From Patescibacteria group bacterium (lineage in GTDB: Bacteria > Patescibacteriota > Microgenomatia > UBA1400 > PJMF01), in the NCBI GenBank assembly GCA_041747555.1, contig JBGTEY010000011.1:118274-182273 (forward strand): a stretch of 64,000 bases of DNA. Reading direction: 5' to 3'. Position 1 is the stretch's first letter. Every line of letters starts with the position of its first letter. The notes beneath the pieces were generated by a model. That model saw only the letters and a list, made by a program, of their open reading frames with translations, did not search any database and had not been told where the DNA came from. Positions 18,996-27,935 of this stretch are shown one piece after another. A program made the translations under genes and the position numbers.

Positions 18996-19889
18996 CTACT
19001 GTCCTAGCTCAGCAACCCATTCCCTAACTTTGTGCCCATACTTCTCATTTCGCATCACAAATTGTAGATGGGCCCTGAAGTAATTTTCTGGGTCGCCGGT
19101 GGTCATCCATTCTCCGCGGGTGCGCTCAACGAGAACTCGGCCGGAGCTCGCGACTTGAGTGATAGCGTCGACCGTCCATAGCTCATTGTCTTTACCTGTG
19201 TTTACGGGGATGAGGTGTTCAAAAATTGATGGTTTCAATAAATATCGACCGTATGATGCCAGATGTGATGGCTCGGTCCCTTTGTCTGGTTTTTCGATAA
19301 TATTTGCCAAATCGGTGTCAGAACCTTCTTTGAAACTAATAATTCCGTATTTATCAACTACATCAGGGCTGACTTCTTGCGCCATGATAATTGCGTCGGC
19401 ATCTCGGTTTTGCATGTAGGTGTCGACCATGCTTCTGGCATCGCCATGCTCACCAAAAACAATATCGTCGCTATACAGGACTAAAAATGCCTCCTCGCCC
19501 TCTACAAATCGCTGCGCGGATGCAACTGGGGAGCCATTTCCATACGGCAAACTTTCATCTTGAGTGATCACGACTATCTTGGGGAAATCTAAAATGTGTT
19601 GAACTGGCTCGTATCGATCTTCTTTACCTTGAGTTGCAAGCTGTTTCCTAATTCTATTGACACTATTATTGAAATAATCTTCGTAAATTGGTTTACCTTC
19701 TGGGGTGGCAACGATGATAATTTCTTGCACTCCCGCCTGAGCACATTCTTCAACGATCAACTGCATAATTGGTCGATTTCCAAATGGCAACATGGCTTTG
19801 GGTACGGTCTTTGTGATCGGCAAATACCGACTGGCAAAACCAGCATCGGTGACAATAGCTTTTCGTACGACTTGTTCGGTTTCAGACAT
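18996..19889 (-). CDS. galU: UTP--glucose-1-phosphate uridylyltransferase
   Basis: KAIVTDAGFASRYLPITKTVPKAMLP nucleotidyltransferase N-terminus (GxGTRxLPxTK), ~298 aa from internal start MSETEQ. Confidence 0.75.
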   Translation of the reverse strand: MSETEQVVRKAIVTDAGFASRYLPITKTVPKAMLPFGNRPIMQLIVEECAQAGVQEIIIVATPEGKPIYEDYFNNSVNRIRKQLATQGKEDRYEPVQHILDFPKIVVITQDESLPYGNGSPVASAQRFVEGEEAFLVLYSDDIVFGEHGDARSMVDTYMQNRDADAIIMAQEVSPDVVDKYGIISFKEGSDTDLANIIEKPDKGTEPSHLASYGRYLLKPSIFEHLIPVNTGKDNELWTVDAITQVASSGRVLVERTRGEWMTTGDPENYFRAHLQFVMRNEKYGHKVREWVAELGQ

Positions 19890-20046
19890 AGATACTCCCC
19901 CTACTTTTAAAAAGTACACTTCATTGTAGCATTGTGTAATGAAAATAGGAAAGTCTCCCACACTTTCACTAGAAGTAGTCGCATATATTGTGTAGTATGG
20001 AGATATGATATCTATCGATCCGAGAACTGGCGATGCTGTGTCGAGG

Positions 20047-20388
20047 ATGTTGCTGTTTTTGGCAATAGTGTTTTTGATCTCTGGTTTTGTGGGATTTTTA
20101 TACACGCTCGATTTTAGTCCAAAACCTCAAGTGAATCCCTATCCTTCCCCAACGGTCACGACTGTCTCAGGCTGCAAGCGTGGTGGTTGTAGTAGTCAGC
20201 TCTGTGTTCCTACAGATTCTGAAGATGTAGTAAGCACCTGCGAGTGGCGTGCCGAGTATGGCTGCTACAGAGATGCAACGTGTGAGCGCCAAGCAGACGG
20301 AAATTGCGGTTTTACCATGAATGACACGCTTACTTCATGTCTTGAGGAAATCTATACGAATGCTCCGGCTCAGGATACTCTTTTTTGA
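20047..20388 (+). CDS. membrane-anchored Cys-rich small protein
   Basis: N-terminal TM helix then 8 Cys in ~60 aa; start uncertain (20005 or 20047). Confidence 0.4.
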   Translation: MLLFLAIVFLISGFVGFLYTLDFSPKPQVNPYPSPTVTTVSGCKRGGCSSQLCVPTDSEDVVSTCEWRAEYGCYRDATCERQADGNCGFTMNDTLTSCLEEIYTNAPAQDTLF

Positions 20389-20407
20389 TTAGTTTTAGCC
20401 CTGCCCT

Positions 20408-22120
20408 ATGAATACAACATCAAACTCCACCGCTTCTTCCGATAATCGGAGCACCATATCGTCAAAAAGCGTAAGTCCTTGGCAAACCATAAGCATTGTA
20501 CTCTCAACGCTCCTTGTGATTTGTGGCGCACTCGGTCTCGTGTATTTGCAAAAACCCCTCAGAGAAACTCAGTATATACAACCAGAAGCGTCCGTGGATG
20601 TTGGATTAGTCACTGTTTCCTCAAGAAGTACGACTGGTGCGATGTCACAAGGTGTTCCATCAAGCGTTATTTTTTCTGTTGATACTGCAGGAGCACAAAT
20701 TCATGGGGTGCAATTAGTTTTTAATGTCGTGTCAAATGCAGCGGACAATTTGGGTATCAAAGTCCTTGAAAGTTCCGGTCTCAAAACTGCATTCTTAGAA
20801 ACCGAGCGTACCAATGATGGCTACTTAGTTGGCGTTGTAGCGCTCCCTCAGGAGGAATCAGCAGGATATAGCACGACGGCGGCTACAGATTTTCTTGAGA
20901 TTGAATTCACACCTCGGCACGGTGGGACCATAGAATTTAATTTTGATGTAGAAGAATCTTTTGCATCTCTATATGGTTCAGAGCCACTCAAAGATGAATT
21001 AACGCATATTGAAACAATCATTTACCATATCTCTGGCGAACCGGCCACTTCCACCACTACTGTTGCCGCAGGCCAAGCTCCTGCACCAGATCCAAACAGC
21101 ACCGCACAGTGCAATGAGACGTGCACCGACAATTCAGAATGTCCAATAAATCACCGATGCGTGGATGTCTCGGGCACCAGTCGTTGTCGGCTGGCAACAA
21201 ACATCTCAAGTGAGTATTGCTCAACTAAGCTTACCGTCCAATCGCAACAAACTGCCTCCCAAACCACGTTCGCTCAGTGCAACGAACAATGCACTCGCCA
21301 TGCAGACTGCGCAGCTGGATTCGCTTGTCTTGAAGGAGCATGCCGTCATCCCCAAAATCCAGACAATACATCTTGTCAGGAACCACTAGAGTCGGATCTG
21401 GTAACAATTTCACAATCATGTAATTCGGCCTGCACTCAGAATTCCGATTGTGCAACGAACCTTCGGTGCTTTTCTGGTAGCTGTCGTCTGGCCACTAATG
21501 TCAGTAGTAGCACTTGTGCAGCAGGTTACACCGGAACTGTTTCGTCTATTTACAACAAATCAAAGGGTGGTGATATTTCAAACCAGCAGACAGGCAACAA
21601 CACCCCACAACCTGGCATTGGAAGTGGCGTCAGCGACGAGATCAATTCTTTGGAAGGACAAGTCACCTCTGCAGTTGATGAGATTCCTCCTGACGAAACT
21701 GTATGGGAGATGCTAAAAACTATGCTGCAAACTAGAGAATTATCTCTCCCACTTTTAATTTTATTTGCCGGAAGTTGGCTCTTTATCCTCGCAGTCGCTT
21801 GGCTTATCGTGAGAACAATTAAAGATAGAGCTGCCAAACCCAAACCGCTCACCCCCATCGTCATTGATCGCTCCGCTACAGAAATAAGCAGCACATCACC
21901 AATTTTAGAAATTAAAAAAGAGTCTAGCTCACCAATAACTCCTGAACCAACTACCCTCCCCCCTTCATCTACTATTCCCAAAGTTGTAGACATACCAGTG
22001 CCACCAGCAACTTCATCACCAACCCAAATACCCCCAGCACCAAAAACCTCAATGATGCAGCGAGTAAGAGACAAGGGTATCTCACCTCCCTCACCAAAAT
22101 CACCGCAAAATGACCAATAA
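20408..22120 (+). CDS. two-TM surface protein with three tandem six-cysteine modules and Pro/Ser/Thr-rich tail
   Basis: TM1 near aa 30-48, three repeats C-x3-C-x5-C-x5-C-x4-C-x10-C (CNETCTDNSECPINHRC..., CNEQCTRHADCAAGFAC..., CNSACTQNSDCATNLRC...), TM2 near aa 445-468, PST-rich C-terminus. Confidence 0.55.
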   Translation: MNTTSNSTASSDNRSTISSKSVSPWQTISIVLSTLLVICGALGLVYLQKPLRETQYIQPEASVDVGLVTVSSRSTTGAMSQGVPSSVIFSVDTAGAQIHGVQLVFNVVSNAADNLGIKVLESSGLKTAFLETERTNDGYLVGVVALPQEESAGYSTTAATDFLEIEFTPRHGGTIEFNFDVEESFASLYGSEPLKDELTHIETIIYHISGEPATSTTTVAAGQAPAPDPNSTAQCNETCTDNSECPINHRCVDVSGTSRCRLATNISSEYCSTKLTVQSQQTASQTTFAQCNEQCTRHADCAAGFACLEGACRHPQNPDNTSCQEPLESDLVTISQSCNSACTQNSDCATNLRCFSGSCRLATNVSSSTCAAGYTGTVSSIYNKSKGGDISNQQTGNNTPQPGIGSGVSDEINSLEGQVTSAVDEIPPDETVWEMLKTMLQTRELSLPLLILFAGSWLFILAVAWLIVRTIKDRAAKPKPLTPIVIDRSATEISSTSPILEIKKESSSPITPEPTTLPPSSTIPKVVDIPVPPATSSPTQIPPAPKTSMMQRVRDKGISPPSPKSPQNDQ

Positions 22121-22162
22121 CTACTCCCTATTCCTTTCTGGTGATAAGTTTGTTAAAATAGC

Positions 22163-22348
22163 ATGCTTATGGTACGATTGACGACCTACGTCAGGGAAGT
22201 TATCCGAGAACTCAAGAAGGTAACCTGGCCCACATACGAGCAAACTCAGAACAAGACTTTATTAGTCATTGGAGTGAGCGTTGCAGTTGGCCTTTACATT
22301 GGTGTACTCGACTTTATTTTCAACTGGCTCGTCACGACATTTTTATAA
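22163..22348 (+). CDS. secE: preprotein translocase subunit SecE
   Basis: 61 aa, single C-terminal TM, KKVTWPT motif; immediately upstream of nusG as in the conserved secE-nusG-rplKA cluster. Confidence 0.75.
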   Translation: MLMVRLTTYVREVIRELKKVTWPTYEQTQNKTLLVIGVSVAVGLYIGVLDFIFNWLVTTFL

Positions 22349-22413
22349 ATAGAATTATAAAAATCAATCAAATCGATACCTCAACCTGGTAGTAACTAAC
22401 AAAAAGACACGCC

Positions 22414-23082
22414 ATGGCAGATGACACAGATCAATATGACACAGAAGACATGACCTCGGATGACGCAACCGATTCACTCGAAAACGTTGAAGTTCCAGAG
22501 GTACAAGAAGTCAAAGTCAAAACACCCAACGTGGTGGTTATTTCTGATGACGTTAATCCAAAAGCCCGCTGGTACGTCGTGCACACCTACTCAGGTCACG
22601 AAAATAAAGTCGCCGAAACACTCAAACAACGTGCAGAAACACTCAATTTAACCGATAAAATCATTTCTGTGCTCATCCCAACCGCAGAGAAAATCCAAAT
22701 TCGTCGCGGACAACGCAAAACTGTTCATGAGAAAATTTTCCCGGGCTACATGTTGGTACAGATGCAGTTAACCGACGACTCTTGGCTCGCGGTTCGCACA
22801 ACTCAAGGCGTGACAGGATTTGTGGGCGTTGGCAACAAGCCGACTCCGCTCCCTAAGCACGAAGTTGAAGCGATCAAACAATACATGACTCAATCTGCTC
22901 CACAATTCAAAGCAGATTACTCAGAGGGTGAAGCCGTTAGAATTACTGACGGTCCATTCAATGACTTCCTCGGTACCGTCAAGAGTATTGATGAAGAAAA
23001 AGGCAAAGTCGAGGTTTTGGTCAATATTTTTGGCAGAGAAACCCCAGTCGAAGTCGATTTACTACAAGTCAAGAAAGTTTAA
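22414..23082 (+). CDS. nusG: transcription termination/antitermination factor NusG
   Basis: NGN domain (WYVVHTYSGHENKV), KOW motif at C-terminus (GEAVRITDGPFNDFLGTV); acidic N-terminal extension. Confidence 0.9.
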   Translation: MADDTDQYDTEDMTSDDATDSLENVEVPEVQEVKVKTPNVVVISDDVNPKARWYVVHTYSGHENKVAETLKQRAETLNLTDKIISVLIPTAEKIQIRRGQRKTVHEKIFPGYMLVQMQLTDDSWLAVRTTQGVTGFVGVGNKPTPLPKHEVEAIKQYMTQSAPQFKADYSEGEAVRITDGPFNDFLGTVKSIDEEKGKVEVLVNIFGRETPVEVDLLQVKKV

Positions 23083-23100
23083 AAATTCCAGGAGCACATC

Positions 23101-23529
23101 ATGGCAAAAAAAATTCAAACCGTTCTCAAACTCAACCTCCCTGCAGGAACCGCAACTCCAGCACCTCCAGTCGGTCCAATTCTTGGTCAAGCTGGTATCA
23201 ATATGATGGACTTCCTCAAGCAGTACAACGCTGCCACACAGGATAAAAAAGGTCAAACAATTCCAGCAGAAATTACCGTGTATGCTGACAGATCATTCAC
23301 CTTTGTTCTTAAATTGCCCCCTGCATCAGCTTTAATTAAGCAAGAGCTTAAATTGAAATCAGGCAGCAGCACTGCTGGAAGAGGAAAAACATCAGGAACC
23401 CTCACTCAAGAAAAATTGACTGAACTCGCAGAGAAAAAAATGCCTGACCTCAATACTAATGATCTCGAACAAGCAAAAAAAATCATCGCTGGTACTGCCA
23501 GAAGTATGGGAGTTACCGTCGCGCAATAG
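23101..23529 (+). CDS. rplK: 50S ribosomal protein L11
   Basis: KLNLPAGTATPAPPVGPILGQAGIN... canonical L11 sequence. Confidence 0.92.
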   Translation: MAKKIQTVLKLNLPAGTATPAPPVGPILGQAGINMMDFLKQYNAATQDKKGQTIPAEITVYADRSFTFVLKLPPASALIKQELKLKSGSSTAGRGKTSGTLTQEKLTELAEKKMPDLNTNDLEQAKKIIAGTARSMGVTVAQ

Positions 23530-23637
23530 TTTTAATGACGGTGCACATTTTAGTTAGAGATAAATAATAGTATCAATCGTACTTATGCTGGGGAGTGAGA
23601 AATCTCACAAACACATCGCCCAGTAGCAAGGAGACCT

Positions 23638-24381
23638 ATGGGATCTAAAAAAAACGTCGACATGTCGACCACAGAAGACACAGTAAAAATCGTTGAGGTG
23701 GATGCACCAGCTGAAGCTACAGAAGCGTCTGAAAATTCAGAGAATTCTGATAAACCTGCCAAAAAAGCAGTCGTCAAAAACCGCCCCCACAGCAAAAAAT
23801 ACTTTGCAGCCAAAAGAAATATTGACCGCACTCGTATTTATGAACCAGAAGCTGCAGTTGAGTTGGTTAAAAAACTTTCATACTCAAAATTCCCTGGAAC
23901 CATTACTCTAGACGGCGTAGTCCGCGAAGTTGGTGATCAAGGTGTGTTAACATTTCCCCACTCAACAGGTAAAAAGCGCGTTATTGCTATAGTTGATGAC
24001 GCACTCCTAGAGAAAATCGAAGCCGGTGAAATCGAGTTCGACGTCCTTATTACCGAACCCAAATACATGGCGAAAATTGCAAAATACGCTCGCGTCCTTG
24101 GGCCACGAGGTCTGATGCCAAATCCAAAACAAGGCACGGTCACCCCTAACCCAGAACTCAAGAAAAAAGAGCTCGAAGGCGGCAAAGTCACGATCAAATC
24201 AGAACGAAAATTCCCGGTCATCCACGTCACTCTCGGTAAAACCGACATGGAAACCGCCGAAGTCGTCCAAAACATGCGCGTTCTCTTCTCTACACTCAAA
24301 GGCAAGCTCAGAAAAGCTGCAATTTCTGCAACCATGAGCCCTTCGGTGAAAGTTGATGTGAGTGTGGCGGAGGTGAAGTAG
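23638..24381 (+). CDS. rplA: 50S ribosomal protein L1
   Basis: AGGAG RBS 7 nt upstream; ...LGPRGLMPNPKQGTVT... canonical L1 motif; acidic low-complexity N-terminal extension. Confidence 0.9.
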   Translation: MGSKKNVDMSTTEDTVKIVEVDAPAEATEASENSENSDKPAKKAVVKNRPHSKKYFAAKRNIDRTRIYEPEAAVELVKKLSYSKFPGTITLDGVVREVGDQGVLTFPHSTGKKRVIAIVDDALLEKIEAGEIEFDVLITEPKYMAKIAKYARVLGPRGLMPNPKQGTVTPNPELKKKELEGGKVTIKSERKFPVIHVTLGKTDMETAEVVQNMRVLFSTLKGKLRKAAISATMSPSVKVDVSVAEVK

Positions 24382-24399
24382 GGATTTGCACTCAAGAGT

Positions 24400-24660
24400 C
24401 TAATACTGATCATGATTCACAACATCCGTGAGAAAAACATTCCCGTCAATCAGAACAAAAGTTATGCGAAGGTTGCCTTCTATCCAAATTGAATATTGAT
24501 CTGTTCGTTTTCCTTTAAGTTTGTGAGTCTTGAGTGACGGGTGTATAAAATCCTCTAGCAGAAGTTTGAGTTGCTTAGATACTCTTGCCCGTGCTCTGGC
24601 ATTTTTTACAACAACTTTTCTAAGCTTTCTTTTGAATCGATCACTGTAAATGAGCTTCAT
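24400..24660 (-). CDS. type II toxin, RelE/ParE superfamily (paralog of 14783..15061)
   Basis: HPSLKTHKLKG...W...NLRITF shares HPSL-x-HKL core with first toxin; ATGA overlap with upstream antitoxin. Confidence 0.7.
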   Translation of the reverse strand: MKLIYSDRFKRKLRKVVVKNARARARVSKQLKLLLEDFIHPSLKTHKLKGKRTDQYSIWIEGNLRITFVLIDGNVFLTDVVNHDQY

Positions 24661-24932
24661 AGACCTTCTAGAAACTCATCTATTTCATCTTTTTCGAGCG
24701 CGTGGGTTTTCTTTAGTTTATATTCCCGTAGCTCTTGTAATAACGTTCCTTCCGTCTTGCTACTCATGGGAAATGTTGGCATATCAATATCTTTAACATC
24801 GTCCAAAACAAGGTGCTTTATGTACGTCGACAAGGTTAGTCCAAATTTATCAGCCCTACTCTGGGCAAACTGACGGAGCTCATCAGGCAACGTGACTTTT
24901 ATTTGGCTTGAAGTGGTTGACGTTGTTGGCAT
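24657..24932 (-). CDS. type II antitoxin (RHH-like), paralog of 15064..15324
   Basis: IKVTLPDELRQFAQ...LTLSTYIKHLV aligns with first antitoxin. Confidence 0.65.
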   Translation of the reverse strand: MPTTSTTSSQIKVTLPDELRQFAQSRADKFGLTLSTYIKHLVLDDVKDIDMPTFPMSSKTEGTLLQELREYKLKKTHALEKDEIDEFLEGL

Positions 24933-24995
24933 AGGCCTATTTTAGTACTTAAATAGTGAGTTAGCAAGGACTATTCAAGGACCTTTTGACGCGTG

Positions 24996-26771
24996 TCATG
25001 CTTCCATGACATTCGTCTTTTGCTCTATTTCCTCAAGTACACGCTCCACAAAACTGCTCAACAGCATAACATCCTGCTTCTTTCCCTGTCGTTTCCTCAC
25101 CGCCACCGACTTCGCCTCAGCCTCCTTATCCCCGACCACCAGCGTGTACGGAACCTTCTCCATTGCCGCAGCACGAATTTTAGCCTGGAGTCGCTCTGAT
25201 CGATCATCGAGCTCTACTCTGATGCCCGCCTCACTTAACGTGGCAACTACTTCTTGAGCATATTCATTGTGCGCATCAGTAATCGGCAACACCTTGACCT
25301 GCACCGGAGACACCCAGATAGGAAATGCCCCCGCTGTGTGCTCAATATAGACCGACAAAAAACGCTCCAATGAGCCCATTAATGCAAAATGGATCATAAC
25401 GGGCGTCTTCTGTGTACCATCGCTATCTGCATATTCAAGTCCAAAGCGAGCTGGCTGGACAAAATCAAGTTGCGGTGTCGCCAACTGCCATTCTCTTCCC
25501 AAAGCGTCACGAACCATAAAGTCTATTTTTGGGCCGTAAAATGCTGCTTCACCGTCGGCTTCGTAGTAGTCGAGGTTTTTTTCTTTGGCGATCTCGAGGA
25601 GTGTTGATTGTGCGAGATCCCAGAGTGAATCTTCTCCCAGGTATTTTTCTGGCTCTGCAGGGTCACGATAGGACAAGCGCGCTCGATAGGTCATGCCAAG
25701 AGCGTCATAAAACTGCTGAACGATCTCGATCATTTCACTGTAGACGTCTTTGATTTGTTCTCTGGTACAAAATACGTGCGAGTCATCTTGCGTGACTGAC
25801 CGCACTCGAGATAATCCCATCAGTTCACCGGCTTTTTCATCACGGTAAATCGTGGTTGTCTCAAGGTATTTGATCGGCAAATCGCGATAACTGCGAGGCC
25901 GCGACGCAAAAATTTGCTGATGATGCGGGCAATTCATGGGTTTCATCACCATTTCATCGCTCGTTTCTTGGCTTTCGACCAAGAATAGCTCATCACCAAA
26001 CTTATCCCAGTGTCCTGAGACCTTGTAGAGGTCGTTTTTGGTAATATGTGGGACCCATACTCTCTGGAACCCCTTCTTGAGGCGCAAGCCTTGAGAAAAG
26101 TCGTTGAGGAGTTCTCTCAATAACGCGCCCTTTGGGGTAAAGAGCGGTAGGCCCTTCCCCACTAGATCGGAGAACACAAATAGGTCGAGTTCTTGACCCA
26201 ATTTGCGGTGGTCGCGCGTGCGTGCCTCCTCGAGCATCTTGAGATGGTCATACAGCTCCTGTTTGCTCTGAAAAGCCGTGCCGTAGATACGAGTTAACAT
26301 GGTATTCTTCTCATCCCCACGCCAGTATGCTCCCGCAAGTGACAACAACTTGAAGTGCTTGAGATCTTTAGATGGATGTTCGCAATGTCCGCCCCTGCAG
26401 AGATCGGTAAAATCACCAGACGTGTACATGGTGAGCGTTTGACCTTCTGTAGAGAATTCTTCAATAAGCTCCTTTTTGTAGCTATTACTGCCATAAAATG
26501 CCAGCGCTTCGTCTCTTTTTACCTCTTTTCTGTCAAATTTATCCCATTTTTTGACAATTTCTTTCATTTTTTGCTCAATTTCGGGCAAATCGTGCTCAGA
26601 AATGGGTGTTTTGAACTCAAAATCATAGTAAAAGCCATTTTCAATGGCCGGACCTATGGTTGGTAGCGCATCTGGATACAGTTCAAGCACCGCTGCAGCG
26701 AGTAAGTGGGCGCAGGAGTGGCGTAATTCGTCCAGATTGTGGTCATTTCCGTTATTTTTAGAGTGTGACAT
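24996..26771 (-). CDS. thrS: threonine--tRNA ligase (N-terminal TGS domain absent)
   Basis: HSCAHLL editing-domain start, class II motifs (FRDE..., HRAILGS-like, GxGxGxER), anticodon-binding C-terminus; 591 aa. Confidence 0.92.
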   Translation of the reverse strand: MSHSKNNGNDHNLDELRHSCAHLLAAAVLELYPDALPTIGPAIENGFYYDFEFKTPISEHDLPEIEQKMKEIVKKWDKFDRKEVKRDEALAFYGSNSYKKELIEEFSTEGQTLTMYTSGDFTDLCRGGHCEHPSKDLKHFKLLSLAGAYWRGDEKNTMLTRIYGTAFQSKQELYDHLKMLEEARTRDHRKLGQELDLFVFSDLVGKGLPLFTPKGALLRELLNDFSQGLRLKKGFQRVWVPHITKNDLYKVSGHWDKFGDELFLVESQETSDEMVMKPMNCPHHQQIFASRPRSYRDLPIKYLETTTIYRDEKAGELMGLSRVRSVTQDDSHVFCTREQIKDVYSEMIEIVQQFYDALGMTYRARLSYRDPAEPEKYLGEDSLWDLAQSTLLEIAKEKNLDYYEADGEAAFYGPKIDFMVRDALGREWQLATPQLDFVQPARFGLEYADSDGTQKTPVMIHFALMGSLERFLSVYIEHTAGAFPIWVSPVQVKVLPITDAHNEYAQEVVATLSEAGIRVELDDRSERLQAKIRAAAMEKVPYTLVVGDKEAEAKSVAVRKRQGKKQDVMLLSSFVERVLEEIEQKTNVMEA

Positions 26772-26914
26772 GTATTCCTTTCAATTAGATGACATGAGCC
26801 ATCTTTGGGCTATTATCGCGGTGAAAGCGGTTTTGAGCAAGTCCCTGCCTGGGGGTAGCGCTTTCGCCTGGCGTGCTGGCTCTGTACAGGTCTTGAGCGT
26901 AATAAATCCCCTCA

Positions 26915-26945
26915 AGACACAAAAAACCCTCCGTCTAAGGGAGGG
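26915..26945 (-). terminator. intrinsic terminator/attenuator hairpin in thrS leader
   Basis: Minus-strand CCCTCC-CTTAGAC-GGAGGG hairpin followed by TTTTTTGTG; lies between leader ORF and thrS start. Confidence 0.55.
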
Positions 26946-26972
26946 TGTCGCACGTCACGTCCACTCCTCGCC

Positions 26973-27020
26973 TTAGGCGGAGTTGGTAGTGGTAGTGGTG
27001 ACTAAAATGCTTGGTTGCAT
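26973..27020 (-). CDS. candidate thrS leader peptide MQPSILVTTTTTNSA
   Basis: 15-codon ORF with ACC ACT ACC ACT ACC run ending 28 nt upstream of terminator hairpin; weak RBS. Confidence 0.4.
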   Translation of the reverse strand: MQPSILVTTTTTNSA

Positions 27021-27227
27021 GGGGGTATTGTAGCATATGTAACTCGTTAGAACTTTTTATGCTAAATTACATCCTAATAACTTTGGTTATTGACAATACT
27101 CACACTTATAGTGTTTAATTACCTCTGCACCTTAACATTCCGATGGCAAGAGAAATGAGAAACCGATCATAGTTTGATGGGTTTTTGGTTTCTCTTGCCG
27201 AGAAAAAAATCATAAGGAGTATATTTA

Positions 27228-27752
27228 ATGAACAAAGTAATATTGAGGAAAGTCGCCATTGTTTTACTGATGGCTGGACTGATTTGTACAAAAGCGTTCG
27301 CTACTAGCGTCAGCGCATGCTGGGACCCCACGATCTGTGGGGACTCTGCAGAGCCGCCGCCGCCAGTTGAGACAACGCCGCAGACAGATACAATCACCAC
27401 CATTGGGGTGGACACGATCGGCACCGTGATCTTGGTGCCAAATCATACCACCACACCGACCCCTCCCACCTCCAGAACCGCTCCGGTTGTCCAATCTGGA
27501 GTAGCTGGACTCAGCTACACGGTCACTCGTGGCGATACCTTGTACGGAATAGCCAGCAGACATGGGAGCACAGTAGGCGCCATTCAGATGGCCAACGGCA
27601 TGGGCAACAGCACGGTGCTGTACCCGGGTGATGTCCTCATCATCCCGGGGGCAAGCTTCGTGGCTCCACCCGCGCAGGCACCACCTCCAGTTCAGGCGCC
27701 CATCGTGGTGACTCCACCGTCTCCCTACCATTCCTTTGATGGGAACTGGTAG
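27228..27752 (+). CDS. secreted LysM-domain protein
   Basis: Signal peptide, Pro-rich linker, LysM motif YTVTRGDTLYGIASRHG...GDVLIIP. Confidence 0.8.
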   Translation: MNKVILRKVAIVLLMAGLICTKAFATSVSACWDPTICGDSAEPPPPVETTPQTDTITTIGVDTIGTVILVPNHTTTPTPPTSRTAPVVQSGVAGLSYTVTRGDTLYGIASRHGSTVGAIQMANGMGNSTVLYPGDVLIIPGASFVAPPAQAPPPVQAPIVVTPPSPYHSFDGNW

Positions 27753-27935
27753 GGATCTCCAGAGTTTTTTTTCAAGTCGGAATTGCAAGGTAACCCAACC
27801 TGCGACTCTTTTTAGGCAAGAGAAGTCGCAATGAGGGATACCTGAGTGCAAGACCCTCGGCTAACCCCGGGGGTCTTTTTTATCAAAAAATTGAAACATC
27901 AGCTCGCGGAGATATCCAAAAAAAGTTACTCTGCC

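Noticed and set aside
25006-26666. Several + strand ORFs inside thrS (25006..25257, 25389..25607, 26355..26666 etc.)
   Set aside because: Antisense to thrS; no motifs
26772-27060. T-box riboswitch upstream of thrS
   Set aside because: No T-box consensus (AATTAGGGTGGNACCGCG) and the terminator lies ~145 nt from the thrS start; the Thr-codon mini-ORF fits a leader-peptide mechanism better
27264-27851. 195-aa minus-strand ORF (Arg/Cys/Trp-rich) covering the LysM gene
   Set aside because: Antisense to a well-supported LysM gene with signal peptide and LysM motif; composition typical of antisense GC-rich frame
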